Shown here: positions 51,449-63,688 of the stretch, piece by piece
How positions within the stretch are numbered: the stretch's first letter is position 1
How the letters are laid out: the number at the start of each line of letters is the position of its first letter
Source: an uncultured cyanobacterium
GTDB lineage: Bacteria > Cyanobacteriota > Cyanobacteriia > Cyanobacteriales > Nostocaceae
Assembly: GCA_963740315.1 (NCBI GenBank)
Contig: CAVUDP010000002.1
Location: forward strand, 2,176,001-2,240,000
Length of the DNA stretch: 64,000 nt
Direction: 5' to 3'
Translations under genes and position numbers: made by a program
Notes under the pieces: model-generated
Seen by the model: only the letters and a program-made list of their open reading frames with translations
What the model was told of the DNA's origin: nothing
The model's database searches: none

Positions 51449-53734
51449 TTACTGCTTCAATCCAAAATTACGCAACCGCAAAGCATTGGTAACAACCGAA
51501 ACCGAACTAAAAGCCATCGCACCACCAGCAATAATTGGGTTTAATAACCAGCCAAATATGGGAAACAAAATTCCCGCAGCGATGGGAATACCTAAAACGT
51601 TGTAGAAAAAAGCAAAGAACAAATTCTGACGAATATTGTTGATAGTAGCCCTCGAAAGTTTGATTGCCGTGACAATCGATCGCAAATCGCCAGAAATTAA
51701 AGTGATGTCACTCGCTGCGATCGCTACATCTGTTCCGGTACCAATTGCCATCCCTACATCGGCTTGCGCTAATGCTGGGGCATCGTTTATACCATCTCCT
51801 ACCATAGCCACAATCTTGTTTTGAGTTTTATTTTTACCCTTTCTTCTTATGCCTTCAGCCTGCAAAGACTTGACAACTGCGGCTTTTTGGTCTGGTCTAA
51901 CTTCTGCAAATACTCGGTCAATACCAACTTCGTTAGCGATCGCTTCTGCTGTCGGACGGTTATCTCCGGTTAACATTACTACTTCTAAACCTAACTTACG
52001 CATGATTCTTACCGCTTCAATAGAAGTGGATTTAAGCGTATCGGCAATTGCCATCAAACCTTCAACTTCCCCATCCACCGCAATCCAAATTACAGTTTGT
52101 CCGAGGGATTCCCAAGTGTCTTTTTGTTCTTGGAATAAGTTGGTATTAATTCCAATTTCCGAAAGCCAGCGTTTAGTCCCAATTTGCACAAATCTATCGG
52201 AAACATATCCCTCAACGCCGCTTCCGGCAACAGCTTCAAAATCGCGAGCGTTTGTTAACCCGACATTCTGAGACTCAGCATATCTAACTACTGCTTCCGC
52301 CAGAGGATGTTCGGAATTACGCTCTAATGCAGCCGCGAACTTAATAAGTTTCAACTCGTTTTGATTAGCAGTACCGCGCACCGTGACAAAATTAGTTACA
52401 GTAGGTTTCCCTTCCGTCAAAGTCCCAGTTTTATCCAAGACAATAGTCTGGATTTTATGAGCGAGTTCTAAACTTTCCGCACCTTTAATCAAAATACCAT
52501 TTTCAGCACCTTTACCCGTACCAACCATTACCGATGTCGGAGTTGCTAAACCCAAAGCACAGGGACAAGCGATAATCAAAACACCGACGGTAGTAATTAA
52601 AGCGAGGCTGATATTACCCATGAAATCAAACCAGATAACAAAAGTAAAGATGGCGATCGCAATTACCACCGGCACAAACCACCCCGTCACTCGATCTGCT
52701 AATCTTTGAATCGGAGCTTTACTTCCTTGGGCTTGTCTTACCAATTGCACAATCTGCGATAAAACGGTATCTTTTCCTACCCTCGTTGCCTTAAACTTAA
52801 AGCTACCAGTCTTATTAATCGTCGCGCCGATAACCTCATCACCGGGCTGCTTTTTCACGGCTACACTTTCCCCCGTCACCATCGCTTCGTCGATAGTAGA
52901 TGTACCTTCTATAACTTCTCCATCTACGGGAATTTTCTCCCCAGGGCGCACTAAAATTATGTCATCAAGCTCAACAGATTGAATCGGAACATCTACTTCT
53001 TTACCGTTGCGAATCACCCGCGCATCTCTAGCCTGTAAACCAATTAGCTTGCGAATTGCATCGCTAGTTTGTCCTTTAGCGCGATTCTCAAACAGCTTTC
53101 CTAACAGAATTAAAGTAATGACAACGGCAGCAGTTTCGTAATATACCTCCGGCATCAAACCTTGATTGATAAAGAAGTCAGGAAACATCGTTGCAAACAG
53201 CGAATAGAAAAACGCTGCCGAAGTACCCAGGGCTATCAGGGTATCCATTGTGGCTCTGTGACGCTTCAAAGCTTTCCAAGCTCCGGTATAAAACCCATAA
53301 CCACACCAAAACTGCACGGGTACGGTTAGTGCTAACTGCAACCACGGGTTGTGCAACCATGCAGGAATAAAGGGTAATTCCAACCCTGTCATCATTGGTA
53401 ATGAGCCAATAATTAGTAAAGCACTAATTACACCTCCGACAATCAGCTTGCGAATCAAATTGCGGGATTCGGCTTTTCTGGCTGCTTTGTCTTCATCATC
53501 TTCCCCCGTAATCATTTCTTGTTGCAGGGGAGTTGCACTGTATCCAGCAGCATCAACCGCATCTTGAATCTGCTTGATAGTAGCTTGCTTGGGATTATAT
53601 TTTACAGTAGCTTGTTCGGCACCAAAATTAACATTACATTCGCTAACTCCGGGAACAGAATTAATCGTTTCTTCGATGCTGTTTGCACAGGAGGCACAAC
53701 TCATGCCTCTTAGTTTAAGGGTAGTAGTATCCAT
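51449..53734 (-). CDS. copA: Cu(I)-translocating P1B-1 ATPase (CopA/PacS type)
   Basis: GMSCASC metal-binding domain, TGES, CPCALG, DKTGT, SEHP, GDGIND, YN, MAFSS. Confidence 0.95.
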   Translation of the reverse strand: MDTTTLKLRGMSCASCANSIEETINSVPGVSECNVNFGAEQATVKYNPKQATIKQIQDAVDAAGYSATPLQQEMITGEDDEDKAARKAESRNLIRKLIVGGVISALLIIGSLPMMTGLELPFIPAWLHNPWLQLALTVPVQFWCGYGFYTGAWKALKRHRATMDTLIALGTSAAFFYSLFATMFPDFFINQGLMPEVYYETAAVVITLILLGKLFENRAKGQTSDAIRKLIGLQARDARVIRNGKEVDVPIQSVELDDIILVRPGEKIPVDGEVIEGTSTIDEAMVTGESVAVKKQPGDEVIGATINKTGSFKFKATRVGKDTVLSQIVQLVRQAQGSKAPIQRLADRVTGWFVPVVIAIAIFTFVIWFDFMGNISLALITTVGVLIIACPCALGLATPTSVMVGTGKGAENGILIKGAESLELAHKIQTIVLDKTGTLTEGKPTVTNFVTVRGTANQNELKLIKFAAALERNSEHPLAEAVVRYAESQNVGLTNARDFEAVAGSGVEGYVSDRFVQIGTKRWLSEIGINTNLFQEQKDTWESLGQTVIWIAVDGEVEGLMAIADTLKSTSIEAVRIMRKLGLEVVMLTGDNRPTAEAIANEVGIDRVFAEVRPDQKAAVVKSLQAEGIRRKGKNKTQNKIVAMVGDGINDAPALAQADVGMAIGTGTDVAIAASDITLISGDLRSIVTAIKLSRATINNIRQNLFFAFFYNVLGIPIAAGILFPIFGWLLNPIIAGGAMAFSSVSVVTNALRLRNFGLKQ

Positions 53735-53797
53735 AATTAGTAAAGCCGAATCGCTTTTTGTGCATTTTATTGCAAGTAATTTACTTATGCAGATAAT

Positions 53798-53829
53798 ATG
53801 CTAAACCCTCTAGTAGGCTAGAGAGTCAA
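53798..53829 (-). promoter_or_regulatory. MerR-type promoter/operator of copA
   Basis: Minus strand TTGACT-20 nt-TAGCAT with dyad CTCTAG-N4-CTAGAG in the spacer. Confidence 0.8.
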
Positions 53830-53983
53830 GGGATAAACTGGAAAAATATTTTTTTGAGATTAAAAGTAGATTTTATAGTCTTAAGTAACGTTTATGTAAG
53901 TGTTTCAGTGGCAGCAACGGTATAATTTAAATAGTTACATTTATTTTTTTTTGGTGTAATTCTAAATTAGATTATTTATAATC

Positions 53984-54077
53984 AGGACTTACGTAAACGT
54001 TACTTTTAAAGGGGGGTTGGGGGGATCTTCCATGTCTGGAACACTACTATATTTTACGTGATTGCTGCGTAAGTCCT
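53984..54077. mobile_element. MITE, AGGACTTACGCA-TIR family, copy 4 (inverted)
   Basis: AGGACTTACG...TGCGTAAGTCCT with internal GGGGGGTTGGGGG. Confidence 0.75.
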
Positions 54078-54153
54078 AATAATAAAAACTACGAACAGCA
54101 ACTACATCTTTTTGTATAACTGAAATAAGTTTATATCTTGAGGTTTACTACTC

Positions 54154-54307
54154 AGAGGATGTTTTCTAAGTATGTGTTCTTACCTAATTACTGCTTCGAT
54201 CCCCCTTCCCCCCTTACAAAGGGGGTTAAAGTCCCCCAATTCCGAAAGAGGATTTAGAGGGTTCTCAAAAGTTTAAAGTTATAAAAATAGCTTGACAAAC
54301 ATCCTCT
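54154..54307. mobile_element. MITE with AGAGGATGTTT TIRs
   Basis: AGAGGATGTTT...AAACATCCTCT perfect 11-bp TIR around a CCCCCTT...AAGGGGG hairpin. Confidence 0.7.
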
Positions 54308-54342
54308 TGTGATATGTATTTTGGCTTCTTATTTAGTTTGAA

Positions 54343-55584
54343 TTAATTAGAAAAAATCTCGTCAGTCACCCATTCAGTTACAGCTTTAAAATTATGAACC
54401 GGAGTCGGTAAAGTTGTTAAATACCTGCTCTGACGAATCAAGTGAGCGGGTTCTCCCGTAATAATGGCGCTGTTAAATAAATTCGCTCCTGCTTCACCTA
54501 TGCCAAATTTCATCAGCGTTCCGCGTATACTAACATTACTATCAATGGGGGAATTTCCCATAGATAAAGCTTTGAGATTATTCGCGATTGTTGCTCCTTG
54601 CTGATAAGCTACTTGAGCTAAGGGTGGTTGGGAATTCTGCATTGGTGTTGCACAATCTCCCCCCGCAAAGACATAAGGAAACTCAGGTATTTGCAAAGTT
54701 GGTAGAACCTGCAATCGACCTTTTTTATCCCGTTTTTCTGATGGTATTGGTAGAGATTCAATTAATGGATGGGTAGTTGTTCCTGTTGTCCAAATAATAG
54801 TCGCAGCTTCGAGGGATTCCTGTTGTTCGTTGCGTTTAAATTCTACACGCCCTTTTTCCACTTTAGTTACAGAAGCATTCATCTGTAACTCAACGGGAAT
54901 ACTACGATTTTGTAATGCTTTTTCTGCTGCTTCCTTCAAACCTTCATTGGTATCACCTGAAAGAATTTGAGAACCGCGATTGATTAAAACAATACGAACT
55001 TCCTCTTTTACACCACCCATTTCCGCATACCAGTTAGGAACAACATCAGCCAAAGTTGCAGCTAATTCTACTCCGCTGGGTCCCGCACCTACAATTGTTA
55101 CCGTTAAAAGATGGCGGCGCTTTTGAGCATCCGTTGTTTGAATTGCTTGCTGTAAGCAGTTTATTAAATGTTTTTGCAGGGCGATCGCATCTTCGTAATC
55201 GCGGAAAGCAAAGGTATTATCTTTAGCTCCTTCAATGCCGAAATAAGCTGTAGGATTACCTAAAGCTAAAACTAAATTATCGTAACTATATTCTTGAGTA
55301 GAGTTGATTTTAACTTTTTGAGAATGCAAATCAATTTCTTGTACTGCTGCTGAGACAAACTTCACGCCACTATCTTTGAGTAAATCCGTGTAGCGGGGAC
55401 AAACTTGTGATTCATCCAATTCCTGACTGAGTAAATCGTAGAGTAAAGGTTTAAAAGTAAAGCGTTTATTTCGATCGATGAGAATAATTGGTCGATCGTA
55501 ATTTTGTTGTCGCAAGTGCAGCGCGGTAAATAATCCTAAAAATCCACCACCAAGAATGATTGTATAGTTATTTGAGCTATTCAT
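54343..55584 (-). CDS. Type-II NADH dehydrogenase-like NAD(P)/FAD oxidoreductase
   Basis: GGGFLG, FKPLLY, GAGPSGVELA, GGDCA, AQVAYQQG. Confidence 0.88.
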   Translation of the reverse strand: MNSSNNYTIILGGGFLGLFTALHLRQQNYDRPIILIDRNKRFTFKPLLYDLLSQELDESQVCPRYTDLLKDSGVKFVSAAVQEIDLHSQKVKINSTQEYSYDNLVLALGNPTAYFGIEGAKDNTFAFRDYEDAIALQKHLINCLQQAIQTTDAQKRRHLLTVTIVGAGPSGVELAATLADVVPNWYAEMGGVKEEVRIVLINRGSQILSGDTNEGLKEAAEKALQNRSIPVELQMNASVTKVEKGRVEFKRNEQQESLEAATIIWTTGTTTHPLIESLPIPSEKRDKKGRLQVLPTLQIPEFPYVFAGGDCATPMQNSQPPLAQVAYQQGATIANNLKALSMGNSPIDSNVSIRGTLMKFGIGEAGANLFNSAIITGEPAHLIRQSRYLTTLPTPVHNFKAVTEWVTDEIFSN

Positions 55585-55762
55585 TAGGTAAAACTGAAGT
55601 ACGAACTATATCAACTGATATTTTGGTCTAATTTAGTTCAAAATAACTCTGTCTAATGGTACTTATTACAACTACGGTCACGTAAAGTAGAAATTAATTT
55701 AATATTTTTGGAATCAAAGATTAATGAGAATATCCGGATTCTTCAGATGTTTTTCCCATATC

Positions 55763-57689
55763 TTACATCAATAAACGTAGACCGCTCAAAATTACCAAAA
55801 CCGTAGATCCTTCATGCCCGATCACCCCCAAAGGCATATTAATATTACCTGTAAAGTTAGCTATTAGTAATAAAAAAATAAATGAAAGCGCAAAAGTAAT
55901 GTTTTGTTTGATAATACGATTAGTGCGACGACCAAGCCTAATTGCCGTATGTAATTTTTCTAGGCGATCGCTCATCAAAATCACATCGGCAGTTTCTAAG
56001 GCGACATCATTCCCGGCACCACCCATAGCTATACCTACTGTAGCCATAGCTAATGCTGGCGCGTCATTAATTCCATCTCCCACCATTGCCACATTTTTAT
56101 ATTTTTGCTGTAGCTGACGAATAACTGTTAGTTTATCTTCTGGCAGAAGTTCGGCATAAACTATTTCTATCCCCAGGGATTTAGCAACACTATTTGCAGT
56201 AACTTGATTGTCTCCGGTAAGTAAAACTATTTGTTCGATACCCAGTTTTTTCAATTCCTTAATTGAAGCTGCTGCTGACGATCGAATAGTGTCAGCAACG
56301 GCTATCAAGCCTATAACAACAGCATCTTCAACCACCCAGACAACAGTTTTACCTTGTTTTTCCAGGCGATTATTTATCTGAATAAATTCGGGGTTTAAAT
56401 TGGGGATTTCTTGACGAATAAAAGCAGTTTTTCCTACCTTAACTGTTTTTCCTGCGACTTCACCAACAATTCCCATACCCGTTTTTGCTTGTACTTGACT
56501 AGCATTTTGCAGTGAGAGGTTTTTCTGTAAAGCAGCTTGGGTAATTGCTTCACCGATAGGATGTTCCGAACGCGATTCTAAGGCAGCAGCTACCTGCAAA
56601 ACCCGATCGCCAGATTGCCCTACTACTGGAACAATCTCTGCCACCTCTAGTTTTCCCGTAGTTAAAGTACCAGTTTTATCAAAAGCGATCGCCTTTACTT
56701 TCCCGATTTTCTCTATCTGCGATCCATTCTTAAATAAAATTCCTGCCCTAGCACCACGAGCAATTCCTGATAATAGAGTCGGCATAATTGCAGCCATTAA
56801 CGCGCAGGGAGAAGCTACAACTAAAAATATTAATGCTCTATAAATTGTCGTTTCCCAGTCCCAACCCAATAAAAATGGCGGTAAAATTGCTAACAATAAT
56901 CCCACCAACACGATAATTCGTGCATAGCTGCGCTCGAATCCTTCGATAAACTGCTGGGATGGAGGTGCTTCAGTTTGTGCTTTTTCTACTAACCGAATTA
57001 CTCGTTGAATGAGATTGTTTTCTGGAGGTTCAATCTACTTCTATTTCCAAAGCTCCATTGCCGTTGAGCGTACCAGCAAAGACTTCATCTCCGACCTTTT
57101 TATCTACAGGAATAGACTCTCCAGTAATTGATGATTGGTTAACACTCGTCCAACCTATCTTAATAAGACCATCAACAGGAATCAGTTCTCCTGGCTTTAC
57201 TAATACTAAATCTCCTACTTGCAATTTAGCCGTTTCAATAATTCGTTCTTGTTCTTCCTGGATGACTATAGCCGTATTGGGTGCAGTTGCCATCAGAGAA
57301 CGAATATTTCGCTCCGTGCGCTGCATGGCTATGCTTTCTAAAGCACCACTGACAGCAAAAATCAGAATCAGCATTCCTCCATCGACAATCAAATAATAAT
57401 CACCTTGCCATAAACCTAAGATAGCTGCTCCTAAAGCAGCCACAATCATTAATAGGTCTACATCTAACTCTTTTTCTACAAATAAAGTCGTCAATCCTTC
57501 TTTAGTGCTTTCATAACCGCCAATAACGTAAGCCGCTGGAAAAATTAATAAAGCAATACTAATCCAACCCAGATTAAGACATAACCAACCCAAGAAAATA
57601 AGAATTGCACAGGCAGCAGCGGCAGAAGCGTCTGAATACTGTTCCAGAAGTCGCTTGAGAGAGAAGTTCGATCTAATTCTTTGAGCCAT
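55763..57689 (-). pseudogene. P1B-4 (Co/Zn, CoaT-like) ATPase with +1 frameshift near 57032
   Basis: SPC and HEGST motifs, DKTGT, no N-terminal metal-binding domain; LEIEVD then one extra T, then EPPENNLIQRVIRLVE rejoins the downstream ORF. Confidence 0.85.
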
Positions 57690-57725
57690 TAACGCACGAA
57701 AATAGCAAGTACGAGACTAACGTTA

Positions 57726-57756
57726 ACATTAACATTTACATTGACATTAAAGTCAA
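57726..57756 (-). promoter_or_regulatory. Candidate MerR/CoaR-type promoter of the P1B-4 ATPase
   Basis: Minus strand TTGACT-19 nt-TAATGT; spacer sequence differs from the copA operator. Confidence 0.5.
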
Positions 57757-57909
57757 CAAAATAGATCGCAACTTGCCCGCTCTACAGTAACGATGCTTTA
57801 AATGTCTACTTATAACTCGATCGAAAAGCTTATGTATAAAGTAGAAAGCGGAAATAACACCATTACGTTGGCTTAATACTTCTATACGAAAAACTAATTC
57901 CAAGCAAAT

Positions 57910-58335
57910 CTAATGTAAAGGTACGCTGGCAATAAGAGGACAAACTTCTTCCTGTTTTAAGTTAGATTTGGGGTTCTTTGACCAAATATCACGATAATGT
58001 TCTAATTCGCTTTTAAACAAAGTCATTTGCTTAATTTGAATTGCCAGTTCCTCGATTTTGTTTTCTAATAAACTTTGTACGAAATTACAAGGAATTTCAC
58101 CGCGATCGCGAACATCGAGAATTTGTTTGATTTCTTCTAAGGTAAATCCTAGAGCCTGAGCTTTCTTGATAAATTCTACCTGCTCGGAGGCATTCTCAGC
58201 ATAATACCGATAGCCATTGTCTCCTCGGTGTAAGGGTTGCAAAAGTCCTATATCGCTGTAATAACGTAAAGTTCCGACTTTTGCTTTTGTTTGCTTGGCT
58301 AATTCTCCAATTTTGAGATAGGCTACTTCGCTCAT
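57910..58335 (-). CDS. MerR-family heavy-metal-responsive regulator
   Basis: KIGELAK...TLRYY..IGLL, NGYRYY, GFTLEEIK; two Cys (IPCNF, EVCPLI). Confidence 0.92.
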   Translation of the reverse strand: MSEVAYLKIGELAKQTKAKVGTLRYYSDIGLLQPLHRGDNGYRYYAENASEQVEFIKKAQALGFTLEEIKQILDVRDRGEIPCNFVQSLLENKIEELAIQIKQMTLFKSELEHYRDIWSKNPKSNLKQEEVCPLIASVPLH

Positions 58336-58369
58336 AATTACCTCTTGGTTTATTTATAAGAGTTAATCA

Positions 58370-58401
58370 ATGATAAACTCTCTAGTTAACTATAGAGTCA
58401 A
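58370..58401 (-). promoter_or_regulatory. MerR-type promoter/operator of the merR gene itself
   Basis: Minus strand TTGACT-20 nt-TATCAT with dyad CTATAG-TTAA-CTAGAG, near-identical to the copA operator. Confidence 0.8.
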
Positions 58402-58794
58402 CTATTGTAAGTAAATATTTCAGTTACAGGTTCTTTATTTCAGATAGCAATAATTACTGATAAAATTCGCAAACTTTTATGGCTTTTGGAATGGCAAGGG
58501 GAAAAATGTGGTCGCATCAATGTAGAAATTATTTATCCGTTATAAAATCCTTTTAGTTAGAGTAGTGCTTGGTATTACAGGTATTACCATGTATTTTAAA
58601 TAAGCCGACGTAATAGTAAATAATACGACATTTTAAATAATAAAGTTATTTTATTGTATCTAGAAGACTTTTATTAAATCTACATTTATTAATATCAAAT
58701 CAAGACTTGCGACTGATGACTTATTGAAGATTCATGGGGTTTAATTAAGCCAGCTCCTTGACAAAAATCGCCACGCTATTTTTTGGAAGCCTAT

Positions 58795-61053
58795 ATGGAA
58801 AACCTGTCCCTAATATTTGTGCTACTTACAACGCCCGAAGGCGCAGGCGAACATCTAATTAAACCACTAGCTCATCATCAGTTACTGTTGTTGCTGCTGG
58901 AACTATCGCTGCTGCTGCTGGTGGCGCGGGGACTCGGTGAGGTGATGCGCCGAATTAACTTACCACCAGTTGTCGGGGAATTACTTGCTGGTGTGCTGCT
59001 CGGTCCTTCTTTATTTGGATTGTTGTTTCCAAACTTACACGCACATATTTTTCCCCAAAGCCAACAACAGTCAGATTTGTTATCGGTGATTTCTTGGTTG
59101 GGGGTACTGTGTTTGCTGATTGTCACCGGGCTGGAAACTGACCTAAAGCTGATTATCCGCAAGGGTAAAACGGCTTTGCTGATTTCCCTCGGTGGAATTG
59201 TTATCCCTTTTCTGACCGGATTCGGACTCGGCTGGTTTTTACCAGAAACTTTTTTAGCCGATCCCTCAAAGCGACTGGTTTTCAGCTTATTTATTGCCAC
59301 GGCAATGAGTATTTCGGCGGTGCCGGTGATTGCCAAAGTGCTGATGGACTTAAATTTGATTCGCCGCGATATCGGTCAAGTTACCTTGGCAGCCGGGATG
59401 ACCGACGATACCATTGGCTGGATTTTACTCTCCGTAGTTTCCGGGTTGGCTAGCAGTGGTAAATTTGACTTTGGTACGGTGTTTCGCTCTGTAACTGCCG
59501 CTATCTTATTTTTAGCGATCGCCTTCACCATCGGACGGACAATTGTAGACCAAATATTGCGTTGGGTAGATGACAAAGTTGGCGGAGTTACGGCGAGTTT
59601 ATCGGTACTGTTGGTTCTATCTTTTTCAGCCGCAGCTTTTACTCAATACCTGGGGTTGGAAGCCGCTTTAGGCGCTTTTGTAGTGGGAATTCTCGCCGGA
59701 CAATCGCGCCGTTTCAGCAGTGAAGCCGGACACACCCTCGAAATTTTCACCGCCGGTTTTCTCGCGCCGATTTTCTTTGCTTCGGCGGGTTTAAAAGTTA
59801 ATTTGCTGGCTCTTTTAGTTCCCCAAACTTTGCTATTTGGTCTGCTTGTTCTTGCAGTAGCTTGTGTAGGAAAATTTACAGGAGCCTATCTGGGTTCTCG
59901 CGTCGGCGGATTGAGCCATTGGGAAGGAATGGCGATGGGTTCGGGGATGAATGCACGCGGAGCAATGGAAATTGTGGTAGCCACGATCGGTTTATCTTTG
60001 GGTGTCCTCAATCCCCAAATGTATTCAATTATCTTGATGGTTGCAATTATTACTTCGCTGATGGCTCCCCCTCTGTTACGCTGGTCTTTGTCGAAGGTGA
60101 CTATCGGTGAAGAAGAGCGATCGCGCTTGGAACTCGAAGAACTTGCCAGTCGCAGTTTTATCAAGCAGATACGGCGCGTTTTAATACCCAGTCGCGGTGG
60201 TACAAACATCCAACTCGCGGCGCAGCTAGTAGGCTACATGGCGCACCAAAACCATTTAGACGTAACACTTTTGTACGCTGACGATCGGTCTGTAGGTAAA
60301 GCAAGACAAACTGTTACCGATCTTAAAGATACCGCCGCTCAAGCTGCTTTTGCTGATGTCGTCGAAGAGATGCAGCTACCCGATCGCTCCACAATCCAGA
60401 GAAAAATTGAGTCGGGACACAATAAAGTAGAAGCGATTATTAATGAAGCCAGTAAAGGATATAACTTGATCGTGCTGGGAGCATCCGAACAAACAGGTTC
60501 CAAAGATGCACTTTTTAATTTATTAACCGATCGGATAATTCAAGAAGCGCCTTGTGCAACAATGGTGGTCAAGTCGCATTTAAAAGAACCCCAGGGAGAA
60601 ACTTCTACAATCCCTCAACAACCGTTGAAAAATATTCTCGTCCCCACCGTAGGAACAGAATACAGTAAAAATGCCGTAGAGGTAGCAAGTACGATCGCTG
60701 CTCAAACGGGGGCTTTAGTCACAATTGTCAACGTAATTAACTTGCCGCCGATAGAGTATATCCTTTACGAAAGGCGAACGCTAAATCCGATGAAAACTAT
60801 TGCCCGCGACTTACTCGAACAACAAGCCGTAATTAGTCGCAGTTTGGGCGCACAGGTCAAAACCTGCATTCTCAAAGGCACCAGTCCAGAAATGGAAATC
60901 CTCAATTTTGCTGCCAATGAAGGCTTTGACTTAATTATTCTTGGTAGCAATATCCGCATGGTAACAGGGCGGGTTTTCTTCGGTCATCGAGTTGACGCAA
61001 TTTTGAATAAAGCACACTGTCCGGTAGCTGTGATTACAGCTATTAATAGTTAA
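58795..61053 (+). CDS. Cation:proton antiporter fused to two USP domains
   Basis: VGELLAGVLLGPS, GLETD, SAVPV, TDD, NARG; two C-terminal USP domains (LIVLGAS...APC, LIILGS...AHCPV). ATG 58795. Confidence 0.9.
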   Translation: MENLSLIFVLLTTPEGAGEHLIKPLAHHQLLLLLLELSLLLLVARGLGEVMRRINLPPVVGELLAGVLLGPSLFGLLFPNLHAHIFPQSQQQSDLLSVISWLGVLCLLIVTGLETDLKLIIRKGKTALLISLGGIVIPFLTGFGLGWFLPETFLADPSKRLVFSLFIATAMSISAVPVIAKVLMDLNLIRRDIGQVTLAAGMTDDTIGWILLSVVSGLASSGKFDFGTVFRSVTAAILFLAIAFTIGRTIVDQILRWVDDKVGGVTASLSVLLVLSFSAAAFTQYLGLEAALGAFVVGILAGQSRRFSSEAGHTLEIFTAGFLAPIFFASAGLKVNLLALLVPQTLLFGLLVLAVACVGKFTGAYLGSRVGGLSHWEGMAMGSGMNARGAMEIVVATIGLSLGVLNPQMYSIILMVAIITSLMAPPLLRWSLSKVTIGEEERSRLELEELASRSFIKQIRRVLIPSRGGTNIQLAAQLVGYMAHQNHLDVTLLYADDRSVGKARQTVTDLKDTAAQAAFADVVEEMQLPDRSTIQRKIESGHNKVEAIINEASKGYNLIVLGASEQTGSKDALFNLLTDRIIQEAPCATMVVKSHLKEPQGETSTIPQQPLKNILVPTVGTEYSKNAVEVASTIAAQTGALVTIVNVINLPPIEYILYERRTLNPMKTIARDLLEQQAVISRSLGAQVKTCILKGTSPEMEILNFAANEGFDLIILGSNIRMVTGRVFFGHRVDAILNKAHCPVAVITAINS

Positions 61054-61563
61054 AATAGTAACAATCAAGTAACAATCATGCGAACTACTTCACACTTTTG
61101 CAACGAGGGATGTAGGTGTCTCACCCCCTAATTTAGATCCTAAATAATCATCATTCAAAACAACTAAGTCTATAGTTACTTGCACTCCACGCTAGTTGTG
61201 GTAACTTGAAAGAAGTAGATAAAAATTAATCGCAGAAATATAGAGTTTCCTTGAAGGTTGGTGTTATAAATCATCTGCCTTCAACGGTTCGGAAAACTTC
61301 TACATACTTGGAATGTAGGAGAGAATTTTAGCACCAAATAATACCATTTTAAATTTTTGACAATTTAACTGGTTTTATTTAAAAGTCCACCTGTCATAAA
61401 ATTTAATCAAAAAGGTATAAATTTAAATTTCAAAAATCCGTTAGCAACATATATGTATTGCTAATGATTGAAAAACAACCCTGCGTGCTAAAAACTTCAA
61501 TCAGCGCCTCATAAAGGTGCAGGCATATTTATTTGGGTAGCATTCACATATCAGGAAGTATCT

Positions 61564-62004
61564 ATGAACCATCTACTTTATGAAAAATCAGTATCCTATA
61601 AAGGATATCTCATCATACCATTTGTTTTCGCAAAAGCAGATAATCACGAAATTTATTCGTATAAATTGATATCGGGAATTGGAGCCAAAAGCCAGTATCA
61701 TAAAGCCGAAAATCCCGCAAAAATCTACGGCAGTAGCGTTGAGAATATCATAAATATTGCCAAAGAACACATAGACCACCATTCAGATTTAGTTAGCGGT
61801 GATGATATGTTTAAACATCGCTACGTGTTCCGCAACAACTTAATTATCGTTTCCCAAGAAGCTGGTAAATATTATTACGACCATTACTTACCAGATTCAT
61901 TAAACAACATCGCCGCACCAAAATTATTTAAATCAGAATACGAATGTTGGTGTTGGGTAAAGCAGGGAATTGATTCCTTAAATGTCGGACACAAAGTTAG
62001 GTGA
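61564..62004 (+). CDS. Conserved cyanobacterial hypothetical protein
   Basis: Clean ORF with AGGAAG upstream; no recognisable domain. Confidence 0.7.
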   Translation: MNHLLYEKSVSYKGYLIIPFVFAKADNHEIYSYKLISGIGAKSQYHKAENPAKIYGSSVENIINIAKEHIDHHSDLVSGDDMFKHRYVFRNNLIIVSQEAGKYYYDHYLPDSLNNIAAPKLFKSEYECWCWVKQGIDSLNVGHKVR

Positions 62005-62007
62005 AAA

Positions 62008-62195
62008 TAGGGAGTAGGGATTAGGGATTAGGGAGTTAGTTGTTAGTTGTTAGTTGTTAGTTGTTAGTTGTTAGGAGTTAAGGGTTTTCTCCCCCATCTC
62101 CCCATCTCCCCCATCTCCCCCTCTCCCCATCTCCCCCATCTCCCCCTCTCCCCATCTCCCCATCTCCCCCTCTCCCCATCTCCCCATCTCCCCCT
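62008..62195. repeat. Compound STRR tract (TAGGGA(G/T), TAGTTGT, CCCCCATCT)
   Basis: Several tandem 7-9-mers between convergent genes. Confidence 0.9.
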
Positions 62196-62198
62196 CGA

Positions 62199-63688
62199 TT
62201 AGGGTAGCCAGAAATCGGGAACAATGGATTTAGTAATTCCGCGCACGGTATTATTAATATTTCTGGCGATTTGTATGTGCGCTTCGTCTGCTTCTACGGG
62301 TAAAATATTGGCGATCGCACCTTTTTCTAAATAAGAAACTACTAAATTTGCAGCTTCTAAACCTGTAACGAAAGCCTTTTCTTGGACCAAGATCCGTGAC
62401 GAGACTTAATCCAATCGCCGCTCATAAATACGTTATTAAAAGTTGTCTTTGCTGGCAACATATATCGATAGCTACCGGGTGAAAAGTGCGTTACAGCTTG
62501 CGTTAAACGAATGACGCTGCTATCGATGACTTTTGCACGGGCGAATTCCGGTACGCAGCTAGTTAAATACTTTTGTACGATGGGAATAATTTCTTCATCG
62601 CTCAAAGGAATAAATTGATTGGCGTGGTAAAAATCAACTTCTACAACTGTTCCCGGCTCGTCTTTATATTCATCGTGAATCGCGTTTAAATCAAAAAATG
62701 TCCACCCGGTAGTTTCATCAAAGCCAAAACAAGCGTTAGAAGGAAGAGGAATATTGATTTTGCGATCGAACCATAAACGAGTTGCTAACACGTCAATTGC
62801 ACCTAAATTTGTTAAATTGCGAAATTCTTCACGATTTTGTAAGCTTTCGCTGTTAGAAACAATCTTTTTCATGCCGCCGATCCCAACACTAAAAACTACG
62901 GCATCGGCATCAAAAACTTCATCGCCGCAAACTACACTTTTTACTCGATCGCCATCAGTAATTAAATCGGTAACTCGCTTATTTGCAAGTATTTTCCCTC
63001 CAGCTTTTTCAATTTTTTCTACCCAAGGACGGAAGATTTTTTCGCCAACGGTACCACGACACCAAACCACATCAAAATCCGGTTGATGCGCCAAGATAAA
63101 ATAGTAAAGCATTCCCAAAGTTGCCGCAGCCGAACATTGTTCTCCCGGTGCAAATAAACCCACCAACAACATCGGTTCAAAAGATTCGCGGTAAAGTCTT
63201 GCAGAAACCCCAAACTGTTTGAACAATTCCCGCGCCGTCACACTATCGTAGCGTCGCCAAGCAGCATCGGAATTATCAAAATCTACTAAAGCGTAGAGTA
63301 AAGGTAAAGCGCTGAGTCTATCAACTAACGGCAACCTTTTAAACTGAGTGTAAATAAAAGTTCCTAAAGGCGTGGGAAGTCTGGGTAAATCTTGAAAAAT
63401 TGGTGATTCAACTTCCAAACCTGCGGGAGAATATTGAGATGAACGAGTCCAAGTTGTGAAAGGATTAATGTTTAGCTCATTTATCAACGCAAAAATATTT
63501 CTATAAGGATACCAAAACCCGTGAATCCCCGCTTCAACAGATTTACCTTTTTCAGTTTTCCAACCTGCAACCAAACCCCCAGGATAGGAACCAGCTTCCA
63601 AAAGCGTTACATCATAACCTTGTTTTGCTAAATGGTGAGTTGCACCCAAACCAGCCCAACCCGCGCCTACTACTACTACTTTTTTCAT
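62199..63688 (-). pseudogene. FAD-dependent amine-oxidase/carotene-desaturase-like oxidoreductase, -1 frameshift near 62385
   Basis: GAGWAG, EAGIHGFW; HGSWS continues as QEKAFVTGLEAAN in another frame (TCCAA instead of TCCCAA). Confidence 0.85.

Noticed and set aside
58700..58735. Fluoride riboswitch upstream of the antiporter-USP gene (GACTGATGACTT resembles its 3' part)
   Set aside because: No matching 5' stem or pseudoknot partner found by eye; cmscan would settle it
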